The translations under genes were made by a program, and so were the position numbers. Under the pieces are notes generated by a model that was not told where the DNA came from, did no database searches, and saw only the letters and a list, made by a program, of their open reading frames with translations. A stretch of DNA of 64,000 bases, from contig NC_079172.1 in NCBI RefSeq assembly GCF_947568905.1, positions 31,248,001-31,312,000 of the forward strand. The letters are read 5' to 3'. Each line of letters opens with the position of its first letter. The first letter of the stretch is position 1. Source of the DNA: Ostrea edulis (lineage: Eukaryota). Shown here one piece after another: positions 37,901-49,900 of this stretch.

Positions 37901-40900
37901 GTATTCGGCCGTATGTTTTATTTTATGTTTACTGTTTAGGGCGTGGGGTATTCGGCCGTATGTTTTATTTTATGTTTACTGTTTAGGGCGTGGGGTATTC
38001 GGCCGTATGTTTTATTTTATGTTTACTGTTTAGGGCGTGGGGTATTCGGCCGTATGTTTTATTTTATGTTTACTGTTTAGGGCGTGGGGTATTCGGCCGT
38101 ATGTTTTATTTTATGTTTACTGTTTAGGGCGTGGGGTATTCGGCCGTATGTTTTATTTTATGTTTACTGTTTAGGGCGTTGGGTATTTAGTTTTATGTTT
38201 TATTTTATGTTTACTGTTTAGGGCACGAGGTATTCGGGCGTATGTTTTATTTTATGAGATTATTTTGTTCCTTTTCTTAGATAGCAGTGGTTCTTCTGTG
38301 GAAGTGGATGAAATTGAACTCACAAGTAAGTTTTTAAAACGACACTTGAATGTTGCCAATTGGCCTCAACACATCACTGCACATGATGTTAGCAAGTGAA
38401 CCCTTAAATATTCTCCCTTAGTTGTTGCAAGCAAAAATTATAATTTATTTCACAAAGTATCAAGTTATGTGAAATATCTGAAAGTGGATTTAATTCAGAT
38501 ATACACATGTAGTTTATTGAGAAATTTCTGTATTTTTTAAGGGAAATTTCATACAAAAGACATTGAAACTTTGTAATTTGAAACAGGACAGTGCTTATTG
38601 ATTTAACATATTATAACATCTTCACTGATGCTGTGAAAGACATTGTAGTTAATGATAAAAAGTTTCACAATGGTAGAAATGATTCAGTTTCAGACAGTGA
38701 GCAGGAAAACAAGAGTAATTTAAGTTTCATCAAATCCGAGGGGCTTTCCCTGTCACTGGCTTCTCTCTATTCAGGTATGCACTCCTAGAAAACCTTTCCA
38801 TGGCTTCTTCAATCTACCTTTGTTAATTCACTCAATCAGATCAGAAAATGTCTTGAACATTTTTCTTTTGCTGATGCAGATATGATTTTTATGCCCCTGG
38901 AATCGGGGACATATAGTTTTTGGTCTGTCTGTCTGTTTTCTTGTGGCAAGACCTTTCTATTGACATCAAAATCTTTTACCTCATGACCTTAACATTGACC
39001 TGTGACCTACTTTTAGAAAATTTTATTATAAGCCAAATCTTTCAAATCATAAGAGGTACTGCCTTTTATAAGTTTATAAGATAAGATAAGATAAGTTTAT
39101 TCCAATTTTGGGCCCAGAGGGCATAACAGTAAGACATTTTATAAAGAAGGAAATTCAAAAAAAGAAAGAAAGTTTACAACATTAACTACAGGTTACATAG
39201 ACTGCAAACTGCATGTGGATGCAGCATGTTGGGGAAACAAGTACATACATATATGAATTGCTAATCATGTATATATACAAGTAGATGGACAGTATCAGTA
39301 TTATACCAATATATGAATAATAAACTATAATGATTTTTTGCAGTTTTAAAGCATCACTTCTTTTTCTGAAAGTTTGCACTAAATATTCACTCAATTTGAC
39401 AATTACTGGTTTGTCTTCATTAATCATCAACCAAGTAAATTTGTCCTTATTTGTTAGATAGATAAAAATTTTGTTGAGCTTGTATATACCATTAAAAAAC
39501 ATATTTCTCTCTTCAACATAGAATGGACAATCAGTAAGGAAATGAAATTCATCTTCAACACAATTAAGGTTACATAATTCACATATTCTTTTGTTTCTTT
39601 CTAAAGAAATCTTCTGGCCAGAATTGCATTTTGTAAATTCATATCTTTCTCTTTCAATTCGAAGGTCATGTGCACTAATTCGAAATCTACATAGAGTTTT
39701 TCTTAATTCTAGGGATTCTAAAAATATTTATATTTAATGTATGCTTTCTTGTGAGAACGCCTTTCTAAGATACCAAATTTGTTGACCTTGTGACCTTGAT
39801 TTTGACCTTTGACCTAGTTCTTGTTAAAAAAACTTTAACCTTGGTCATATCTTTTACACCATAAGATATAGGCCATTCATATTTGTTTTGTGTATTGCTT
39901 GTGGCAAGACCTTTCCATTGACACTAGAATCTTTATCCCTATTGACTATTTTACATTTATTGCATGATAGTGAGGGAGATACGAAGATTTATTCACCCAA
40001 GAAAAATCATATTCCCCGAGGGTAATATGATTTTTCTTGGGTGAATAAATCTTCATATCTCCCGAACATTTATGCAATAAATTGTTTATTATACCGAAAC
40101 AAAGCAAGACCACAAAATTGCATTTGAGATTGGAGTCCGCTCATCTATACATTGTACATGTATGTAGCTGAGATTGCCCTAACGGTAACACCGCGCCTCA
40201 ACGAATTAGAAGGTACAAACAGCGAAATACAGTGATATGATAACCAGTTTTTGTTTTACCATTCTCAATGAATGCTGATTTACTTGCTTGTTTTTGTATC
40301 AACCAAAATCAGGGGATTTAACTGTGTATCAGAGAACCACATGTTTTGTGCCTTACGAATTATGGAAGTAGAGTGACTCGGACTTATTGTGACATCACAA
40401 TACATTTCGTCGTCTTTGACGTTAAATTTATGGAAAATGCACGAGGCTGCCCAAGCGGTAAATATGAGAGGGGGATATGATGTTTGAGAGGGAGATATGA
40501 AGTTTTGTTATCCCTGGCTTGTGACCGTCTAGACCAATCAGATTACGCGTTGCATAGAATTCTCATACTGAGGTATAATAATACATTGACCTTTGACACA
40601 CTTTTTAAAAAATTGAATATAAACCATATCTTTCAAATCATAAGTGGTACTGTTTTTATATTAAGCATATGTATTTTATGTGAGGACCTTTCCAATATTA
40701 TCAAATTTGTTGACCTTGACCATTGATTTAGTTGTTGGAAATTTTCAAAAAAACTACGTCTTACAATTTCACTTTTTTGTAATCCAGGAGCATCAATATT
40801 TCACAAACACATCTTGTTTTTAGGAAGAAAATTATTAAATTTCATTGATGTATATGAAGCAATTTTGGTGTGTTTGAAAAGTTGAGTTTTGTTGGTGGAT

Positions 40901-43900
40901 GAGAAAAATTTGCCAACAGTGAAAGTGCCAAAGTTTTCATTTATATAAATGACAGACCTGTTTAACAAAATTTTTATTGATAGAAAATCTTCCAATATTT
41001 CTGATGCCAAATTTACCTGATATACAGTTTGATGAGTTTAATACTTGTAATTCAATTCAATTATATTGTACATATAATTACATATGAATGAAAGGTAACT
41101 TCTTTTAAAGATGCTGATTTACAAAAAGTGAAACCTGAACGTCAAAGGTAATTATGTGAACGTTGTACTTAATGTAAATCCTAGAAACACTTCCTGGTTA
41201 TCAAAATAACATTCTACTTGCTATTTTTTGTCGCTATAGTTCTGTGGAAATTTCAGAATAATTCTCCTTGCTACTGTTATATTTTATTTTTGTCGTTATA
41301 GTTCTGTGGAGATTGCAGATCAATCTGGTCTGTCAGCAGAGTCTGTGGCTATTCTTCTCTTAAAGAAATTCTCAGAGAAACAGCTTCCTAAGGCCTCAGA
41401 TTTAGAATGGCTTGTCCCAATCTCAGAGGCACCACAGGAGGTGAGAGAGAGGGAGACTGAATGAGAGAGATTTAGATAGAGAATATTCAATCATGAGATT
41501 TTCTCAGACACCTTGGTTGGGGGGGGGGGGGGGGGGGGGGTAGAGAGCGAATTGATAACTGATTTATAAAGATATACATGTAGCATAGTAAAACACACTT
41601 ATAACAAATTTACACTTATTGCAAAGTGATATTTATTCCCCCTTCAGAGGAAAAAAGTAAAAAATTTATTGGATAGAATGAAATTTGGTTTTTCGCTGAC
41701 CCTGGAGGTTCGCTATAACCGTGTTTACTATACTTGTGCCAATAGGGGGCTGAACAGTATCAATATTGAACTGTGTTTAAATACCCAGAACAAGTCATGC
41801 TCCTGAATCACTGGCTCAATCTTGAACAAGCAAAATCCATTCAGGAAATCATTTTGTTGAAAGCTTGATTAAAAATTTAAGTATCTTTATCCCTGGCAAT
41901 TACAGAATATTCTTTTTGATGTGTTTTTCCATTTCTTTTTGAAAGTTACTTCCCTTGCCGAAGTCTTACCCAATATCTCCTGATGATGGTGAAAGGGAAA
42001 TTGAAGGCTTTACAAACTCGGTGCTAGGGGTAAGGAATAAGAGGCAAAAGAGACTTAACAGCAACTAGTATTGTCAGACAGATGTCCATTGTATGAATTA
42101 ATCAGTTCTGTCGGACAGACGCTTATTCTATGAATTAGTCCTTGATATTATTGAATATGGTATTTGTGTGTTTTCACTTCAGGCTCTCAGATTACGAGGG
42201 AATAATGAGTGGGCTCCTCCCAGGTCTCAGATCATTTTTGACATTCATCCATATCAAAAGTAAGTCAATCCACATGATATCCACATCAAATTGAGGTCAA
42301 TCCACTTCAAAAGTACCACGATCCACATCAGAAGTAACTCAGTCCACATCAAAAGTACATTAATTCCCATCAAAAAATTGTGTTGATCCACATGAAAAAT
42401 AGGTCAATATACATCAAAAGTATGTCATTGCAAACATGAAAATAATCCATATCAAAATTAAGTCAATCCACATCGAAATTTCAAAAATATGTCATTCCAC
42501 ATTAAAAATAAGTCAATCCATATTCAAAGGAATTAATCTAGAGTGTGTTGTTGTATGTAGGAGGACTCCGTAAACATTTAGATTAACTATGTCAGAACTC
42601 AATAAACATTTAGATTTACTATGTCAGAACTCAGTAAACATTTAGATTTACTATGTCAGAACTCAGTAAACATTTAGATTTACTATGTTGGAACTCAATC
42701 AACATTTAGATTTACTATGTTGGAACTCAATACACATTTAGATTTACTATGTCGGAACTCAATAAATATTTAGATTTACTATGTCGGAACTCCAAAAACA
42801 TTTAGATTTACTATGTCAGAACTCAATAAACATTTAGATATACTATGTCGGAACTCGGTAAACATTTAGATTTACTATGTCGGAACTCAATAAACATTTA
42901 GATTTACTATGTCGGAAATCAGTAGACATTTAGATTTACTATGTTGGAACTCAATAAACATTAAGATTTACTATGTCAGAACTCAATACATATTTAGATT
43001 TACTATGTCGGAACTCCATACACATTTAGATTTACTATGTCGGAACTCAATACACATTTAGATTTACTATGTCGGAACTCAATAAACATTTAGATTTACT
43101 TTGTCGGAACTCAATAAACATCTCAATAAACATTTAGATTTACTATGTCGGAACTCAATAAACATTTAGATTTACCATGTCGGAACTCAATAAACATTTA
43201 GATTTACTACATGTAACAAGAATTAAACTGTATTTACTCACACTGATGAATTATATTTTTGATTGACTGCTTTTTAGGAGAAGTGTTGTGATGGCGAAAC
43301 AGAATTTCCGGTGCGCGGGGTGTGGAACTCGAGTAGAACCAGGTAAAAGAGCACAGAAATCTCGTTCGAAAAAAGCATGTGAAAGACAGTTACATTAGGA
43401 GACAACAAACCCAGTAAAATCGTCTCCCTTCTATCGTTAAAACATCTCCATTTTATTGTTAAAACGTACAATCCAATAAAGTAAATTTACGTAGAGTTGG
43501 CACATTGATTTTGAAAGGAATGGTTAGTTTATCAATTTATAGTAAAGTTATATAAACTTGAGGACACTAGCTACAATCAAATCAAACTTCTCTGTTTTCA
43601 AATATTTCTGTACAAAATGTGAATAAATATGCAGATCATGTCAAAATAGCAGCATTACAAACTACATTAGTCAAGTTGATGATATTATTGTGTTTACTGG
43701 GTATTTGTTTTTTGAGTTTTTCTCAATTGAGACACTCCGTAATTTCTTGAACTCCTTTCACACATTGAAAAATTGTTCTAAGTGCATCGTGTTTGTAAAT
43801 AAGTATCAGTAAATACTCTACAGTAAGGAAGCTGTCAAATAAATCCCAATTTTATTAAAAACAGTAAAAATGCAAAGATTGGAACTCTTCAAAAGGAGGT

Positions 43901-46900
43901 AGTAAAATTTGTTTGTAGCAAGTGTCTTTAAATGTTTCTAATTTGATCAAAGACCTGAAACAACAGTACACTATTTTAAATAAAAAAACTAAGTAAAATT
44001 ATACAATTTATTTCTATTACAGCTTACATGAAGCGGTTCAGATACTGTCAATATCTGGGCAAATATTTTTGTCAGTGTTGTCATAGAAATGAAATCAACT
44101 ACATTCCCGGACATATCATTAGGAAATGGGATTTTAAGCAGTATCCAGTCTCTGATTTTTCATGGCGTTTACTCTCGAGGATTTTTAACGAACCTTATTT
44201 TAACGTATCCACAATTAATCCATTGTTGTTCAAAAAAGTGCGAGAGTTGGACACTATTCATGATCTACGACTTCAGCTGGTTTATCTGTGTAAATTCCTC
44301 TCCATTTGTAAATATTCAGAAAGGTAAGTTATTCACTATCTGCCATGTAACCTTCGGGGATTTAGAATAGATTGTGTAGATTTAGAATCAATTGTATAGA
44401 TTTAGAATCAATTGTATAGATTTAGAATAAATCAGTATACCTTGGTTTCACTAGATTTCGATGTACACTAAATTTCAATGTGTTTATGGATGTGTGAGGC
44501 CATGAAATGAAGGCAGCAATGAAATAGTAGTGTATACTGTGGAATCATTAAATTCGTGGGGCTGATTGGATTGTGGAGAGTCTACAGTTTTGTTGGGCTG
44601 ATTTTCGTGGATTGTTGAGATTTGACAGTTTTGTTGGGATGTAATTTTGTGGATTGTGGAGAGTCTACAGTTTGGTTGGGATGTAATTTTCGTGGATTGT
44701 GGAGATTTTACAGTTTTGTTGGGATGTAATTTTTGCGGATTGTGGAAAGTTTACAGTTTCGTTGGGATGTGATTTCGTAGGATATGGTTTCTGTACATTG
44801 AAACACTATATTAGTGTATTTAGTTGTGATTTAAATTTTGGGGAGACAGAGGCCTCCCCAAGATCTAATACTCCACATGCAGCAGCTCTCCACAAAATTG
44901 TTCATCAACAAAACTGTATTTATGGCAGATCCACAAAATTGTTTATCAACAAAACTGTATTTATGGCAGATCCACAAAATTGTTTATCAACAAAACTGTA
45001 TTTATGGCAGATCCACAAAATTGTTTATCAACAAAACTGTATTTATGGCAGATTCACAAAATTTGATGTACTGTATAATTGGTGAGACCACGATGTAGAA
45101 GTGGGTCTGTCTCTTGTTTGATGATAACTTGGTCATGTTTGAGTATTTTCCGTGGAGGGGGTGGGGGGTATTAGTTACGTTAGGACCAATGCTTAGTTTA
45201 CATAGAAACAACAAACTGCTTTTTTGTTTGATTTTTTAAATCTCATTCACTTATTTACATGCAAAAGTAGATAAAGATGGCGACTGTATGATGTATCTTT
45301 CTGTAGTGAAGCATGCTACTACACCACTTGCACGAAATGGTACAAAAATAATTCTTGCACAGCATGATTAACAGTTTCCACAGAACAATGAACAGTTTGC
45401 ATGGAACGTTTTGCACAAAATGTTGCCCGCTTTGTGCACGGTCTGCACAGTTTACATGAAACAGTAGGCGTGGCTTGCATGCTTTGTGAACGATCTAGTT
45501 TGATTTTTTCCAGTAGTATTCAGTTATTCCTGGAGGTGGTTTAAAAGTAAAATATTTCAATATAGTATTCTATATAGTATATTCTATTTAATAAGCTTGA
45601 TAAATAAATGATTCATTCATGTTTGACATGGTAAATTGTTCGTTTTTAATCAACTTAATAATTGCTCGAATTCCCATTAATGTCCATCTTTCCATATTGA
45701 AATAACTTGTGCACGATTTGCATGGTCTGTAAGTTTCTAGGAGTTCGGTTTGAGTGATCTGCACATTTCTTTGGTTTGTAAGTTTCTCGGAGTTCGGCTT
45801 GAGTGATCTGCACATTTCTTTGGTTTGTAAGTTTCTCGGAGTTCGGCTTGAGTGATCTGCACATTTCTTTGGTTTGTAAGTTTCTAGGAGTTCGGCTTGA
45901 GTGATCTGCACATTTCTTTGGTTTGTAAGTTTCTAGGAGTTCGGCTTGAGTGAACTGCACATTTCTTTACTTTGTAAGTTTCTAGGAGTTCGGCTTGAGT
46001 GATCTGCACATTTCTTTGGATGTGCCTTGATCTTCTACACAACGATTCTAACATAAAATGGTTTGCACAAAACGGTGAATGACTTGCATGAAGTTGCTTA
46101 TATTGAACTATTTGCATGGAACGAATACTTTGGATATACAGTAGCACACTTCAGGATCTGTATCAGTGAATCCTGATGTCCGAGATTAAACTCTATGATT
46201 AGATTGATTGTATAATTGTAAATATTGCTTGTCCTATATTGACAGTGTTAAGAACGAGGTGAAGGCAACACCCTCCCACTGGCAGGGCGATGTTGATATG
46301 TATTCCCTGGGGGATCTGATCAGTGTAAGTATTTTATGTATGTAAATGAAACCTAATGTACTTAGATTCCTAAATATACGCAAGGAATTCATTATTTTCG
46401 CAAGATGCATCACTCGCAAAATGAATTTACTTGCTTTAATTTTCTGTTACTAAAATACATGCAAGATCTCTTGATTAAGAGACGACACACAAATTCATGT
46501 TCATGCGATTTGACGTATGTACGAGTCATTTCACTTTTAGATTAAGTACTCACGTAAAATAAGGACTCTACAGTAACTATATCCATACCAAGCACGGGAT
46601 CGTGAAACAAACTCAAATCACCTGTAAGATGTTCAGTACTTTTGAACTGAAAACTCTTGATTTGCAGAGACACTAGAAATTTAATGAAACAATTTTGAAT
46701 AACAATTTTATTTTAGAATGATTAACTTCTCAATATTTTCATCACAATATTCAGAATTTGACTTGAGTTTAGATGTTTCATGATCCTAGGGCCTAAACTT
46801 GTATCATCATAATATACTGTACATTTTAATGCTGTTTCTGTAAATATCTGAATCTTGAAAACTCATATTCTAAGGGTCCGCACTAAAACATTGAGAGTTA

Positions 46901-49900
46901 AATATTTTAAAAGTTCGGGAATCAACACTTTAAACATGTAATCCTGTTTATATCATGTTAGGTGGCATGTTCCAGTAAAATCTAGTTCTTTTTCCTCAAG
47001 TATAGTCTGCTACACTTATGTTGAAGTCACTTATATTGAACAATCTGTTATATTGAAGTCACTTATATTGAACTACATGTATCTGTTATATTGAAGTCAC
47101 TTATATTGAATTATCTGTTATATTAAAGTCACTTATATTGAACTATCTGTTATATTGAAGTCACTTATATTGAACTATCTGTTATATTGAAGTCACTTAT
47201 ATTGAATTATCTGTTATATTAAAGTCACTTATATTGAACTATCTGTTATATTGAAGTCGCTTATATTGAACTACCTGTTGTATTGAAGTCACGTATATTG
47301 AACTATCTGTTAATACAGTCTGATCTAGTTACATTGAAGTCACTTATACTGAACAATTCTGTAATCTTACATTGTACATGTATACTAGTAATTAGGTCAC
47401 AGTTATGAAATTTAATAAGATACTGTATACCTGTAATTAGGTTACAGTTATGAAATCTAATGTAGTACATGTATACCAGTAATTAGGTCATACATGTACT
47501 TAATGAAATCTAATATAGTACTGTATACCAGTAATTAGGTCATCATAGTTTTGTAATTTTACATAGTGTCTGTAAAAATTTTATTCGTATACCAGTTCTT
47601 ACATCGTGGTATCACAGTATCACATCATACCAGTTCACTAATACTAACAGTTCTAATGCAAACTAGTTCTAGTGTTTTCATTCACTTTATTGTATATTTT
47701 CAGATAAAAAATAAATCCATGTTGATCAAGCTCAGGGACTTGGTTAGAGGTGCTAAAGATCATGTAGACCAATGTTCGGTAAGCCAATTTTGGATATCAT
47801 TATGTCTGCTATGATATGAATATCTATTGACCAGTGTTTGGTAAGACAAAATAATTTGGATATCAGTCTGTCGGCTATGATATGAATATTTAATTACCAG
47901 TGTTCAGTAAGACATATTTCTCTGCTATGAAATGAATATTTAATTCTGCAGTTGTCCTTTTTTTCTCAGAATTCTGCAGTTTGAATAAAGTTGAAAAATA
48001 TTTCATGAGTAAATATTTAAGGTAGCTCCATCCTTCTGAATTATCAATATTAATGGTTCAAAATGGAAAAACTATTAATTTCCACTTATAATATTATAGT
48101 TTAATTTAATGAATAACCAAAGAAAATGTGTTTGTTGCCACCTTTTAAAGAAGTTGGACACACATATTAAACAGAAGTATATACAATTGTATGTCAACAC
48201 CAAAAAATTGCACAATTTCATTAAAAAGAATTATGAAAATACTTAAAAACTTGTTGAATTGACTAATTTTTAATGTCAACAGTTTCAAAAAACTGCTTCT
48301 TCACAAATATATATAAATGAATTGTGGATAAGGGAAATCATTGTACAATAGACATACAACAGAGGAAATACATGTACCAACATTGGAGTTATTGCCCTTA
48401 ACAGCATTTTTTAATTATAGATAATTAATTATTTATGTAAAATATAAACTTTTTCAATATCAATAGTATCTCAGGTTTATTATTTTATCCAGTGAATAAA
48501 ATTCTTCCAGAAGATATATTTCTGTCATCAATAAAGTAAAATATAAAGATTTTGCAAAAGCCTATGATGTCACGTGACGGTGGAGGTGCCTTAAGTATAG
48601 AATTATATGATATGTCTCATAATTCAATATTAATGGAGTCATAAAAATTCACAATCACCGTTAGTTTAATATTACTCACATTTTCAAAATATTTACAAGA
48701 TTTATGGACACTCTTTTCTTGTAAATATTTATCATAGTGACGTCAGTCATGTTACAAGTGTGTAACAATACATATTGTCACGTGTGTATTTGTTACTATA
48801 TTGAGAAAAATTCCCATCACCAATGTGTTTCTATCCTGCATTTTGTTCAAAGAAGATAAATGTGTGATCACCTCTAAAATGAAATATTGAAAATTTAATT
48901 GTAAGTATTAGACCATGAAAATTTGACTTTCATTATTAGACCATGAAAATTTGACTACCATTATCAGACCATAAACATTTGACTACCATTAAATTTAGCT
49001 ATTTTTGTTAGACCATGAACATATGACTACCACAATAATGAGACAGTGAAAATTTAATTATCAATATCATGAGACTGCACATTTGATAACCATAATGATA
49101 AGACCACGAGCAATTGATTATTCATACCACTACACTTTAAACAATTGACAACCATTATAATAAGATTGTAAACATTTGATTGACTCGGTAATGAGATTGT
49201 GAACCTTTGATCAACTCGGTAATGAGATTGGGAACATTTGATTGACACTTTTATGAGATTGTGAACATTTGATCGACTCGATAATGAGATTGTGAACATT
49301 TGATTGACTCTGTAATGAGATTGTGAACCTTTGATTAACTCTGTAATGAGATTGTGAACCTTTGATCGACTCGGTAATGAGATTGTGAAAATTTGATTGA
49401 CACTGTTATGAGATTGTGAACATTTGATTGACTCTGTTATGAGATTGTGAACCTTTGATTGACTCAGTAATGAGATTGTGAACATTTGATTGACTCTTTT
49501 ATGAGATTGTGAACCTTTGATTAACTCTGTAATGAGATTGTGAACATTTGATTGACTCGGTACTGCGATTGTGAAAATTTAATTGACTCTGTTATGAGAT
49601 TGTGAACATTTGATTGACTCAGTTATGAGATTGTGAACATTTGATTGACTCAGTAATGAGACTGTGAACATTTGATTGACTCTTTTATGAGATTGTGAAC
49701 CTTTGATTGACACTGTTATGAGATTGTGAACCTTTGATTAACTCTGTAATGAGATTGTGAACATTTGATTGACTCGGTACTGCGATTGTGAAAATTTAAT
49801 TGACTCTGTTATGAGATTGTGAACATTTGATTGACACAGTAATGAGATTGTGAACATTTGATTGACATTGTTATGAGATTGTGAACATTTGATTGACTCA

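Larger units (their letters stand above)
38886..40818 (+). mobile_element. HINE-like host element interrupted by a LINE fragment and a palindromic element
   Basis: 5' TTTTATGCCCC...(GTCT)n, tandem GACCTT-rich core units at ~38940-39065, 39730-39950 and 40585-40730, and a 3' CAATATTTCACAAACACATCTTGTT. Confidence 0.6.

Noticed and set aside
5763-41541. Scattered poly-G/poly-C runs (~5763, 6014, 19143, 24442, 30921, 41518) as regulatory G-quadruplexes
   Set aside because: Single homopolymer runs in repeats or introns with no positional pattern. Their lengths are also unreliable in assemblies.
45588-46147. Overlapping ORFs with [16 protein letters not shown] repeats
   Set aside because: Artefacts of the 49 bp array cycling through reading frames.
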